Positions 40,858-50,067 of a stretch of DNA of 64,000 nt are shown here, piece by piece; position 1 is the stretch's first letter, and the number at the start of each line of letters is the position of its first letter. The notes under the pieces are model-generated. The model saw only the letters and a program-made list of their open reading frames with translations. It made no database searches and was not told the DNA's origin. This DNA is from an uncultured Candidatus Binatia bacterium (GTDB lineage Bacteria > Desulfobacterota > Binatia > UBA9968 > CAXXLF01). Where the stretch lies: NCBI GenBank assembly GCA_965218425.1, contig OZ244621.1, forward strand, positions 3,264,001 through 3,328,000. Direction: 5' to 3'. Position numbers and translations under genes: made by a program.

Positions 40858-41846
40858 GAGCTATCATCAAAGAGTGTGGAAATAGGAGACAGGTAGGCGT
40901 ACCCATTGGTAAATTCCAAACGAAAAGCTGCCTGGAGCAACAGGCAGAGAAAGGATACGCCGGTGATAGGAAAGCACAGCGGGCTGGTAGAGTCAAAGGG
41001 AGTTTTTTACGAATGCATGGAGGCATTTGCCCGGGAGAAGATTGGGGAGAAAGGGTACAGGATGTGGTGGAGCAGGAAGGAGTGGAGCGGTTGGGGAGGA
41101 ACAAGAGCGAGGGGAAAGCAAGTGAAGTGGGACAGCCTGGGAATCGCAACGGCTACGGTAAGCCGCGCCGGTTCACGTTGAGCATGGGGAGCGTAGAGGT
41201 AAGAGGGGCTGGGGTAAGGAATGTGCAGGAGAGATTTAGCTTCCAGGTATTGCCGTTATTTAAGCGGCAGAGCCGCCAGGTCAGGGAGTTATTGCCGGAG
41301 CTTTATTGGCACGGTGTGGGCAGTGGGGATTTTGAGCTGGGGCTGAGGGGGCTAGTGGGAGCAGGGGCACCGCTATCGGCGTTTTGGCTTTTACGGTTCA
41401 AGGAGAAGTGGGAGGCGGACTACGAGCAGTGGGAGGCACAGGGTATGGAGGAAGAGGAGGCAGCATATCTTTGGGCAGATGGGATTGATGTAAAGGCTGG
41501 GATAGGCAAGGAGAAGGCGGCGCTAGTATTGGTAGTGATGGGGGCGATGAGGGATGGGAGCAAGAGGTTGTTAGCATTGGAAGTGGGCTAGCGGGAGAGC
41601 AAGCAATGAGTCGCCCTTCTCGAGGGTGAGGCTGAGAACAGCTGCCTCCAGACGGTTTAAATCTCAGGTCAATGCCGCCTGTTTGATCTGGAAGACAATG
41701 ATGATTGCGGAAATGAGTTTTAGGAAGCTGGACGCACCGCACTGGGTGGAGAAGGTAGCTGAAGGAAGAAAATACGGAGACGGGATTGGAATCGAAAAAA
41801 CCAGGGTCGCCGCCTAGATCTTTTACCCGCTATTTGACAACAGATC
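40858..41846 (+). mobile_element. IS256-family remnant, copy 2 (internal deletion, both ends kept)
   Basis: 40858-41608 repeats 35171-35921, then jumps to the C-terminal ESPFSRVRLRT; imperfect IR (17/26) at 41821-41846. Confidence 0.85.
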
Positions 41847-42061
41847 TGTCCCTTCAGCTTTATTGCTAGGTAAATAGACCTATTAGGGGCTCCGCCACGG
41901 CCATGGGGCCGCGTAAATGCCTTCCCGAACGGCATTTATGGGTGAACGATTATGGAGGTTGACTTGGAGTATGATTCTCGGATAGTTTCTGGAACGGATT
42001 CGATTCCGGGGCGGATTTTCGCTGCCCCGGGTTGACCGTAAATCATGAGGAGGTCAAAAGC

Positions 42062-43141
42062 GTGCAGATCATAGATGCGGATACTCATATCGACGAAACC
42101 GATGCTACTTGGGAATACATGCGTACAGAGGAGATGGAGTTCAAGCCCACCACTGCCTATCCGGCGAAGTTAGACCCGTCGCGGCCTCCCATCCGTTACT
42201 GGATGATCGACGGACAGCGGCATCTACGGTTCACCAGGGACGACAAAAGGACACGCACAACCGTTGAGACTCGGGAGCTCCTGGACATACAGGCGCGTTT
42301 ACGGGCCATGGATGAGATGGGGACACATGTGCAGGTCATCTACCCCACCCTGTTTATCGTGGAAGTAACCCAGCGCCCCGAGGTTTCCGTAGCAATAAGG
42401 CATTCTTACAACCGGTGGCTGGCAAGCCGTTGCGCTGAGTCGGGGGGCCGCTTGCGTTGGGTGTGTATGCCGCCGCTTTTGAGCATGGATGAGGCCCTCA
42501 AGGAATTACGGTTTGCGAAAGACCACGGTGCCTGCGGTGTAATGAAGAAAGGGGACGTGGAGGCGGGAAAGTGGCCGGCCGACCCATACTTCTTTCCACT
42601 CTATGAGGAGGCGCAGCGCCTCGATATGCCCATTTGCATCCACACCGGCACTGGAACCCCTGACCGTCCTTCCATGAAGGACGTGTCCTTGGGGCAGTTC
42701 ATGCGCTCGCAGCTTTCCGCCATCCACGCCTTTCACACCCTGATACGCCACGACGTTCCCGGCAAATTTCCAAAGCTTCGCTTCGGTATCGTTGAAGCGA
42801 ACTCTTCATGGATCCCCTATGTTGCCTATGAGTTAAGGAGGCGTTTGAAGAGGTTTAGCGGCGGCTCCACGTTTGGTACGCTCCAATACAAGTTCCAAGC
42901 CGATTTGCTCAAGGCCAACCGGATGTATGTGACCTGTCAGGTGGATGAGGACCTGCCTGCAATCATGAAGATCGCCGGCGAGGATAATTTGATGATCGGC
43001 TCCGACTACACGCACGCTGATCAATCCATGGAGCATGACTTTCCTCGCTTGCTGCAGGAGCGTGCCGATCAAGGGGATCTTCCACCGAGCGCGGTTAAAA
43101 AAATTCTCTACGAAAACGCAAAGGCGTTTTACGGACTGTGA
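42062..43141 (+). CDS. Amidohydrolase_2 family protein
   Basis: IIDADTH, QVIYPT, ICIH, GSDYTH; RBS GAGGAGG before GTG 42062. Confidence 0.9.
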   Translation: MQIIDADTHIDETDATWEYMRTEEMEFKPTTAYPAKLDPSRPPIRYWMIDGQRHLRFTRDDKRTRTTVETRELLDIQARLRAMDEMGTHVQVIYPTLFIVEVTQRPEVSVAIRHSYNRWLASRCAESGGRLRWVCMPPLLSMDEALKELRFAKDHGACGVMKKGDVEAGKWPADPYFFPLYEEAQRLDMPICIHTGTGTPDRPSMKDVSLGQFMRSQLSAIHAFHTLIRHDVPGKFPKLRFGIVEANSSWIPYVAYELRRRLKRFSGGSTFGTLQYKFQADLLKANRMYVTCQVDEDLPAIMKIAGEDNLMIGSDYTHADQSMEHDFPRLLQERADQGDLPPSAVKKILYENAKAFYGL

Positions 43142-43153
43142 TGCCGATCCGTC

Positions 43154-45283
43154 CTACTTGGCGACGGCCAGGATGTCCACAGCGGTAGCCCCCTCACCGG
43201 CTGGTGAGATGACGAGCGGGTTGATTTCGAACTGATCGATCTCGTCTTCGAAGTCCACGGACAGACGGGACAGCTGCCAGATGACATTGGCCAATGCGTC
43301 GATATCGGACTTTGGCATGCCACGGGCGCCCTGGAGGATCTCTTTCCCCCGGATCTCGTTGATCATGTCATAGGCCACTTCGAGCCCAAACGGCGGCCGC
43401 CGAAACGAGACGTCTTTCAAAACCTCAACAAAAACGCCTCCCAGACCAAACATAACCACCGGACCGAGCCCCCGCTCCGTGGTGATCCCCACGATGGCCT
43501 CCGCCGTCCCACGGATCATCTTCTGCACCACCACCCCCTCTACCGTAGCGTTTGGGACCTGCCTCTTTGTTGAGTCAACGATCCGTTGAAAGCCCTGCTT
43601 TAAACCGTCGAGGGATTGGATGTTGAGAATCACACCTCCCACATCGGTTTTATGAGGCACATCCGGCGAGGCAACTTTCAGCGCAATCGGAAAACCGGTC
43701 TTAGCCGCTATGGTTTCGGCGGCGTCGGGAGTTGTGGCAAGGCCACCCTGGGCCACCGGCACTTGGTATAGCGATAGCAGCTCCATCCCCAGTTGGTAGG
43801 GCAGGGACTTTTGGTGATGCTTCGCTATGGTCGCCCTCAATGAGGAGAGACGATGGTCCGACTTGGGAAGATTATTATTTTCACTGGCGCTGCGCCGGCA
43901 AAGCTCTTGGTAGCGTAACCACGCCTTGATCGCCTTCAACCCCTTTTCGTATTCCTGCACGAAGGGGATCCCCAGCTCGGCGAAATACTCAAGCCAATTG
44001 AGATCGATCCCTTCTGACGCTCGCGTCATGAAAATCACGAGCTTTTGATTGGCCGTGGCGAACTGGGCGATGCGACGGCAGTCCTGTTTCGATTCGTCAG
44101 TGGGGTTGGAGGGTAGGTTCAACCGGCAGCAAATAATTTCGAGGGGAGGTTCGGTGATGAATAGTTCGATGGAATCGTAGAATCCCGCTTCGTTCTGGCG
44201 CCTTAGGTTTTCAATGTCCAGAGGATTGCCCAGGAGAGTGGTCTTACCCAGATACTCGCCGATCTTTTGGCGTTTGTGAGGTGAAAGCTCCGGTAGCCGG
44301 ACGTCTAATCGCTCGCAGAGGTCGGACAGAAACGAACAGTCCCCTCCTGAAATGCTGATGAGTCCAACCCCTCCTTGCACCATGGGCCGGGGTGCTTTCA
44401 GTCCAGAGAAGAGGACGATGGTTTCCAGGAATTCGTCGAAGTTGGCAACGAGGGTCACGCCCATTTGCTGCAATATGGAATCCCAAGCCCTACCCGTCGC
44501 CGCAAGGTTACCCGTGTGGGCGGCAACGTTGCGGCGGGAGCGGTCGGTTTTACCCACGCGCATGGCGATCACCGGCTTTCCCAGCTCCAGGGCCCGGGCC
44601 AACGCCTTGAGGAGGTCACGAGGTCTAGTGATGGCTTCGATGTAAAGCATGATCACATGGGTCCCCGAGTCCTCAACGATATTGGCTAGATAGTCTTCCA
44701 GAGCGAGAGATGCCTGGTTACCCGTGGATACGGCGATGCGAAAACCTAGGTTGCGTAAGGGTATCTGTTTGAGAAATAGGGACAACGCGCCGCTGCTTTG
44801 GAAAACGGCACTGATGTTACCCGCGGGAAAGAAGACGGGGAGATCGGCGGACCAAAGACCTAGGTTGTGTCCCGGCACCACGTAGCCCATGCAGTTTGGG
44901 CCGCATATGAGAAAGCCGTGGGCTTCCGAGATCTCGGTAATTTGTTGCTGAAGTCGGTCTCCCTCCTCTCCCGCCTCGGCGAAACCATCCGCAAAGATAA
45001 GGGCCCCTTTGACGTTTTTCTCGATGCACTGCTGAACGGACGGAAGGACGTTGTCTCGGTTGGTGGCAATGACTGCTATGTCCACTGGTTCGGGCAGTTC
45101 GAAAATATTTTTAAAGCACGGTAACCCGAACACGTGACTCCGGTTGGGATTGATTGGAAAGAGGCGGTCGTGGGGAAAACCGAAGCGCTCCAGGTTTCTG
45201 AACACCCCGGCCGCTCTGCTTCGTTCCGATGCGCCGATGACTGCAACGGTGTTACCATTGAGCAAGGGAGTTGGATCCTTCAT
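43154..45283 (-). CDS. ADP-forming acyl-CoA synthetase (fused alpha/beta, ATP-grasp)
   Basis: VAVIGAS, GPNCMG, phospho-His AHTG, HKTDVGGV, FGLGGVFVE, EINPL. Confidence 0.92.
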   Translation of the reverse strand: MKDPTPLLNGNTVAVIGASERSRAAGVFRNLERFGFPHDRLFPINPNRSHVFGLPCFKNIFELPEPVDIAVIATNRDNVLPSVQQCIEKNVKGALIFADGFAEAGEEGDRLQQQITEISEAHGFLICGPNCMGYVVPGHNLGLWSADLPVFFPAGNISAVFQSSGALSLFLKQIPLRNLGFRIAVSTGNQASLALEDYLANIVEDSGTHVIMLYIEAITRPRDLLKALARALELGKPVIAMRVGKTDRSRRNVAAHTGNLAATGRAWDSILQQMGVTLVANFDEFLETIVLFSGLKAPRPMVQGGVGLISISGGDCSFLSDLCERLDVRLPELSPHKRQKIGEYLGKTTLLGNPLDIENLRRQNEAGFYDSIELFITEPPLEIICCRLNLPSNPTDESKQDCRRIAQFATANQKLVIFMTRASEGIDLNWLEYFAELGIPFVQEYEKGLKAIKAWLRYQELCRRSASENNNLPKSDHRLSSLRATIAKHHQKSLPYQLGMELLSLYQVPVAQGGLATTPDAAETIAAKTGFPIALKVASPDVPHKTDVGGVILNIQSLDGLKQGFQRIVDSTKRQVPNATVEGVVVQKMIRGTAEAIVGITTERGLGPVVMFGLGGVFVEVLKDVSFRRPPFGLEVAYDMINEIRGKEILQGARGMPKSDIDALANVIWQLSRLSVDFEDEIDQFEINPLVISPAGEGATAVDILAVAK

Positions 45284-45350
45284 TGCTTTCCCGTTCCCGG
45301 GCCTTTACCAAAGAGACCCATTAGCAACTTTACAGTAAAATTTATTGCGT

Positions 45351-46082
45351 TTATTGAGGCAAGGGCCATTCCCGGAGTAGCCGCCCTCCACCCTCAATGT
45401 GAAATTTCAGATCTAGTTTAGTCAGAATATGCCATAGCATTGCCGGGTTGCTTGCAACCGTTGTGGTCTTTAGGTCGTGCTCGATGCGTTCCAAGACGGG
45501 CAGCGGGTCGAGGCGACCCCCCTGAAAGTAGATCCCATCTGCCCCTGAGTTGGCGGTGAGCTCACGCTTTGCGAGTGCGAAGACCTCGTCTGGAGCCGCC
45601 GCGGCAGCGGCTTCGATGCTGGTAAAGTATCTTGTGGGTAATAGCGGCTGTATGCCGGACTGGCTGAGATAAGCTGCCAGGCGTTCGTTCAATGGTGCAT
45701 CGAATGGTGTTAAGAGCAGGGGCCTTCGAATGAGCAGGGCGCGCATTGCCGCGATACTCGCCTCCAAAGCGGTGGTTACGGGAATTCCTATGGCATCCCG
45801 GATCCGCAGGATCGCCTCGGGGTAAAGGAGCTCATTTGGAGCCACGGGCAGCGCAATGGCGTCCCACTTTCGTTCCCCCACTAGGGTTGCGGCCCTTTGG
45901 ACGTACTCATGGACTATCTGCAGTTGGGGGCGATGTGATTCATGCCACAAGCTGAGTCCCTCCACTTGCAGTTCAACTCCCCTCGGCACCAGGGCGAGCA
46001 GGCCTTCGTAGTGACGTGCTCGGGTACCGCCGGTTCCACGACCGCTGAGAAATGCGATGGTTGTCTGGTGTTGCCGCGTCAT
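45351..46082 (-). CDS. Maleate isomerase/arylmalonate decarboxylase (Asp/Glu racemase superfamily) homologue
   Basis: IPVTT, LLTPF, ADGIYF, VASNPAMLW, GGGRLL; no Cys in the protein. Confidence 0.75.
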   Translation of the reverse strand: MTRQHQTTIAFLSGRGTGGTRARHYEGLLALVPRGVELQVEGLSLWHESHRPQLQIVHEYVQRAATLVGERKWDAIALPVAPNELLYPEAILRIRDAIGIPVTTALEASIAAMRALLIRRPLLLTPFDAPLNERLAAYLSQSGIQPLLPTRYFTSIEAAAAAAPDEVFALAKRELTANSGADGIYFQGGRLDPLPVLERIEHDLKTTTVASNPAMLWHILTKLDLKFHIEGGGRLLREWPLPQ

Positions 46083-46553
46083 GACAATTCCCTCAGGTGA
46101 AGGCGGGAAACCAACCCTGACCGGTCTCCGTAATTCGCACGCAGATTACTCTTGGGCGATCGATATTGTCAACCACCACTCATCGCTCCTCGGGGAGCGA
46201 TCCTCCGGCCGCGGGCAATAGGCCGGTGATTATCCGAAGCGGAACGTTCGATGCCCACGGCCTTACGTCTCGCTCCCCTGCGTCGCCTTCCGGATTGGGG
46301 CGCAGGGGACCTGCCTCGAAAAAAGGAAGACGTCCGATACTGGAGGCTCCAATCACATTAGCATGCCGGATGAAATGACGAAGCCTCGAGGCAGAGGCCC
46401 ATCGGCTCCCGTTGAGGGGCGGGCCCCCAGCCCCTTTTATTATTAATGATCTGCTTCTCAGGCGTTGAAACCTTCGCTGTCTTCACATACCAGCAATCAT
46501 CCTATATAAAGGGTCATTCGTCGGTAATGATTACTTGAGGAGGATATAGAAAA

Positions 46554-47654
46554 GTGATGAAATTTATTGATGCTGACGCCCACGTGGAAGAGTCTGATGA
46601 GATGTGGAAGCTGCTGGATCCGGCCTTTTCCTCACGACGCCCTATCCCCGTGAGCCTTCCCGAGGACACAACCTTCGGTAGATTCAACGCCTTCTGGCTT
46701 ATCGACGGGGAGGTCTTCCCCAAAATGTACGGTAGGGTTTATTTTACCTTCGGTTCGCCGCCCATCTCCGATGTCGCAAAAGCAAAGGCCGTTACGATTC
46801 CTTCCCAAACCCTGGCGGATGTACCCGCGCGTATCAAAGACCTCGATGCCATGGGGATCGAAACACAGGTGGTTTTCCCAACTTTGTTCCTCGCCCCCGT
46901 GTGTGAAGATGTGGAATATGAGGCGGCTCTGTGCCGGGCCTACAATGATTTCATGGGTGCGGCTTCCCAGAAGAGTGGAGGAAGGATCCGGTGGGCGGCG
47001 GTGCTGCCCGTTCGAGATGCCCGCAGAGCGGCTGACGAAATAAGCCGGGTGAAATCTCAGGGTGCGGTGACCACGATCCTTCTGAGTTTCGTATGGGATT
47101 TGCCACTGGATAGCCGGCAGTTTTATCCATTTTATGAGGCATGTGCGGCAGAGAACTTTCCGGTTTCCATCCACCTTGGATGGGGGTCGCCATCCATAAA
47201 CCGGCTCTTCGACACCAGGACCCAGACGCGCTACACCTCATCGGCCAATTCCGTTCCCCTGCTCATGGCGTTCAATTCCATGACGGCGGGTGGTGTTCTG
47301 GATGACGTGCCGGGGCTCAGAGTGTCGTTCCTCGAGATTGGCGTCGAGTGGGTGTCCTATGCCACCAGATTTGGCAACCGTCGGCGGCGGGCGGGAGAGG
47401 GGCGCGCCCAAAAGCCCCTTGAAGACTATTTCCGGGACGGGCAGGTTTATATCAGTTGCGAGCCCGACGAGGATATTCCCTACGTCATGCAGCGCATTGG
47501 GGCGGATGGACTGATGCTGGCTTCGGATTATCCCCACGAAGATCCCATGGCCGAGGGGAATCTTCTCGCGGAATTGACTAGGCGGGAGGATCTATCTGAC
47601 GAGATAAAGAATAAGATTCTAATGGAGAATCCCGCCCGATTTTACGGCCTCTAG
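46554..47654 (+). CDS. Amidohydrolase_2 family protein
   Basis: IDADAH, QVVFPT, VSIH, ASDYPH, NPARFYGL. Confidence 0.9.
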   Translation: MMKFIDADAHVEESDEMWKLLDPAFSSRRPIPVSLPEDTTFGRFNAFWLIDGEVFPKMYGRVYFTFGSPPISDVAKAKAVTIPSQTLADVPARIKDLDAMGIETQVVFPTLFLAPVCEDVEYEAALCRAYNDFMGAASQKSGGRIRWAAVLPVRDARRAADEISRVKSQGAVTTILLSFVWDLPLDSRQFYPFYEACAAENFPVSIHLGWGSPSINRLFDTRTQTRYTSSANSVPLLMAFNSMTAGGVLDDVPGLRVSFLEIGVEWVSYATRFGNRRRRAGEGRAQKPLEDYFRDGQVYISCEPDEDIPYVMQRIGADGLMLASDYPHEDPMAEGNLLAELTRREDLSDEIKNKILMENPARFYGL

Positions 47655-47668
47655 ATCTTTTTACTTAT

Positions 47669-48340
47669 ATGTGCGGTCGCTATACACAGACGGCAAGTCC
47701 TGAGGACCTGATCTTCCGCTTTGGTTTTAGCATGCAGGAGGTCGTCCTAAAGCCGCGCTACAACCTGGCGCCGGGGCAGCTCGCCCCAGTCATTGTAAAT
47801 GAAGGACCCAAGATGCTGGTTATGATGCAGTGGGGATTGGTGCCTTCCTGGGCCAAGGAACCCTCCATCGGCTATAAGATGATCAACGCCCGTGCCGAAA
47901 CACTGGCTGAAAAGACCAGTTTCAAGAGACTGCTGCCGAGCAGGAGATGTCTGATCCTCGCCGATGGCTTTTACGAGTGGGCCAAGCTGAAAGGGGGCAA
48001 GGCGCCCGTGCGATTTTTTCTGAAGGGCGGTGCACCCTTCGCCTTCGCTGGTCTGTGGGATCGGTGGAAAAAACCCGATGGAAATGAGCTCAGGACCTAT
48101 ACCGTTATCACCACCCAGGCCAATGAGTTGCTTAAGCCGGTTCATGACAGGATGCCGGTCATCCTCACTCAAGAGAACGAGGAGAAATGGCTGGATCTGG
48201 AATGGAAAGATTCGCAAAAGCTGGGGGAGCTGTTGAAACCTTACGAAGCAGTCGAGATGGAGTCCCATTATGTCTCGCCCATGGTAAACTCGCCGAAGAA
48301 TGATCTGGCCCAGTGCATCCAGCCGGTGGACGGTCCCTGA
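47669..48340 (+). CDS. yedK: SOS response-associated peptidase (SRAP/YedK abasic-site protein)
   Basis: N-terminal MCGRY, RYNLAP, INARAET, GFYEW, HDRMPVIL. Confidence 0.93.
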   Translation: MCGRYTQTASPEDLIFRFGFSMQEVVLKPRYNLAPGQLAPVIVNEGPKMLVMMQWGLVPSWAKEPSIGYKMINARAETLAEKTSFKRLLPSRRCLILADGFYEWAKLKGGKAPVRFFLKGGAPFAFAGLWDRWKKPDGNELRTYTVITTQANELLKPVHDRMPVILTQENEEKWLDLEWKDSQKLGELLKPYEAVEMESHYVSPMVNSPKNDLAQCIQPVDGP

Positions 48341-48509
48341 TGGCACTTCCCGAATCCTCGAGTTGAATCCAGAGTTACAGCTAAAGAATCTCCCCTAGAA
48401 ATCTAGTCCTACGGCTTAGCCTTGGGGCGGCGTTCAATCTCAAGGACTCTGGCTCGCCGTTCGACCGACACTAGGTCATGGTTTTTCCCCGGACCACGAG
48501 CAGAGCAGG

Positions 48510-49514
48510 TTAAGCTGCGAGAAGCCGGTCCACCGCGCGGTTTTCGATGACCTCCAAGCCACACTTCTCGAGGAGCTCACGGAGCTTTCGGACCTCCTCC
48601 GGCCTGGGCTTCGGCATGGGAGGGCGCATGAAAGGCTCGGGGATGAGACCGCGTAACCAGCAGGCGATTTTGTAGCGGGTGTGCAGTCGATAATCTTCGC
48701 CGAAACCGTAGACGTACTCGTGCAACTCAGCCATTCCCGAATTCCAGATTTTGCGCGCCTTTTCTATGTCGCCTCTCCGCCACGCCTCGATGTGATCGAT
48801 CATGGGTTCCATGGCGTAATTGAAAGAGCCGGTGACGGTGCCGTCCACTTGTCCCGTGGCCCAGAACTCATGAAAGCACACAGCCGAGGCGGCCAGAATG
48901 GCCACGCGTCGGGGGAGTTGGCGCAGGCCGCGGGCGATGACCCGATAACCGTTGTAAGGATAAGTCATCTTCCAGCCGATGATCTGCGGAATATCAGTGC
49001 ACATCTTTATCGTTGCCGACAGAGGCAGCCCGTGCCCGAACTTGGGAGTGGTGGAGGAGACGGGGTGGGTGATGGCCGGGAGGTCCACGGCATCACAGAC
49101 TTCCTTGGCCATATCTACCCAAACGTCCGGATATCGTTCCGCGTTCCAAGAACCGGTCACATCCATGGCTCCCATGGGTGGAATCAAGAAGACCCCATTG
49201 GCCCCCGCCGCCTTGGCGTCACGGGCATCCTGAACGGTGTCTTTGGTGGTGGGTGCGATTACACCAGCAAATACGGGTACCTTTCCGCCACACTCTTCGA
49301 TGGCGATTTCCACGTTGCGTCGTTTTTCCTCCCGCGATAGGTAGAAAACCTCACCGGCTTCGGGGTTAATCACGATTCCCCCGCCCGCATTCACAAACTT
49401 TGGCTGCATGAAATAGCGTAGGAATTCACGCAGCCCAGCCTCATCGATGTCGGTGGTTCCCGGCTTATAGGGCAAACATACCGCGACGTATAGACGTTCA
49501 AGGTCATTGGCCAT
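48510..49514 (-). CDS. Dihydrodipicolinate synthase/N-acetylneuraminate lyase family protein (divergent)
   Basis: AGEVFYLSREEK, GKVPVFAG, Schiff-base Lys in IIGWKMT. Confidence 0.82.
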   Translation of the reverse strand: MANDLERLYVAVCLPYKPGTTDIDEAGLREFLRYFMQPKFVNAGGGIVINPEAGEVFYLSREEKRRNVEIAIEECGGKVPVFAGVIAPTTKDTVQDARDAKAAGANGVFLIPPMGAMDVTGSWNAERYPDVWVDMAKEVCDAVDLPAITHPVSSTTPKFGHGLPLSATIKMCTDIPQIIGWKMTYPYNGYRVIARGLRQLPRRVAILAASAVCFHEFWATGQVDGTVTGSFNYAMEPMIDHIEAWRRGDIEKARKIWNSGMAELHEYVYGFGEDYRLHTRYKIACWLRGLIPEPFMRPPMPKPRPEEVRKLRELLEKCGLEVIENRAVDRLLAA

Positions 49515-49550
49515 GGCAATACCTCCGTTGAATGATGCTCGGAGAAAGTT

Positions 49551-49626
49551 AAAACGTTTTTTAGTCGAAACGTTTATTTAGGAGCTATCTTGACCCGAAA
49601 GTACCCAATTAAAGAAAATCTGTCAA
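49551..49626 (-). promoter_or_regulatory. Sigma70 promoter with two LacI-like operator palindromes
   Basis: Minus-strand TTGACA (49626-49621), 17 nt, TACTTT (49603-49598); AAACGTTT at 49552-49559 and 49568-49575. Confidence 0.55.
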
Positions 49627-49709
49627 CTTATGGCGGGGTGTGGTACGGCGAATTCGGTTCCGTGAGCCGAGAGCTTCAGCCCTGGTAAAAGTGTGGGAAT
49701 GTTCTTACA

Positions 49710-49878
49710 GGAACTGGCGTCCCTTCGCTACAGTGGCCCCTCGGCGGGAAGCCTTAGTTGCTCGCTTCGGGCAGCCTCAAAATTCGTTGCGCTCAAACAG
49801 TCGATGCGGCTTTTCCTCAGCTTCGCAGAGGCTTCCAACGCCTCAGGACCAATCTTTCGCTTAGGGACGCCAGCTTCC
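49710..49878. repeat. Nested inverted-repeat non-coding element
   Basis: CTGGCGTCCCT/AGGGACGCCAG (11 bp) encloses GGAAGCCT/AGGCTTCC (8 bp) and inner hairpins. Confidence 0.6.
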
Positions 49879-50067
49879 ATTGGGTCGAAAGTGTCCCTAC
49901 CTTTGGACTTGGCCTCCTTCGCACGAGTCCGGCACGCGACGAAGGGGAGTGAGGGGGAAGGCCGTGGACATCGAACGTGTAGCTTCAGATATCCACTGGC
50001 CTATTGCCCGCGGCGTGAACGAAGTTCAAACGGCAATAATGGAGAATGTGTGTTCTCCGACAATTGA

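Larger units (their letters stand above)
35171..41608 (+). repeat. 751-bp direct repeat (35171-35921 = 40858-41608)
   Basis: No mismatches seen in the portions compared by eye; overlapping ORF translations are identical. Confidence 0.9.

Noticed and set aside
35171..41608. 751-bp repeat as a diversity-generating retroelement TR/VR pair or prophage att sites
   Set aside because: No adenine-specific mismatches were seen, there is no reverse transcriptase or integrase, and the repeat encodes IS256 transposase sequence.
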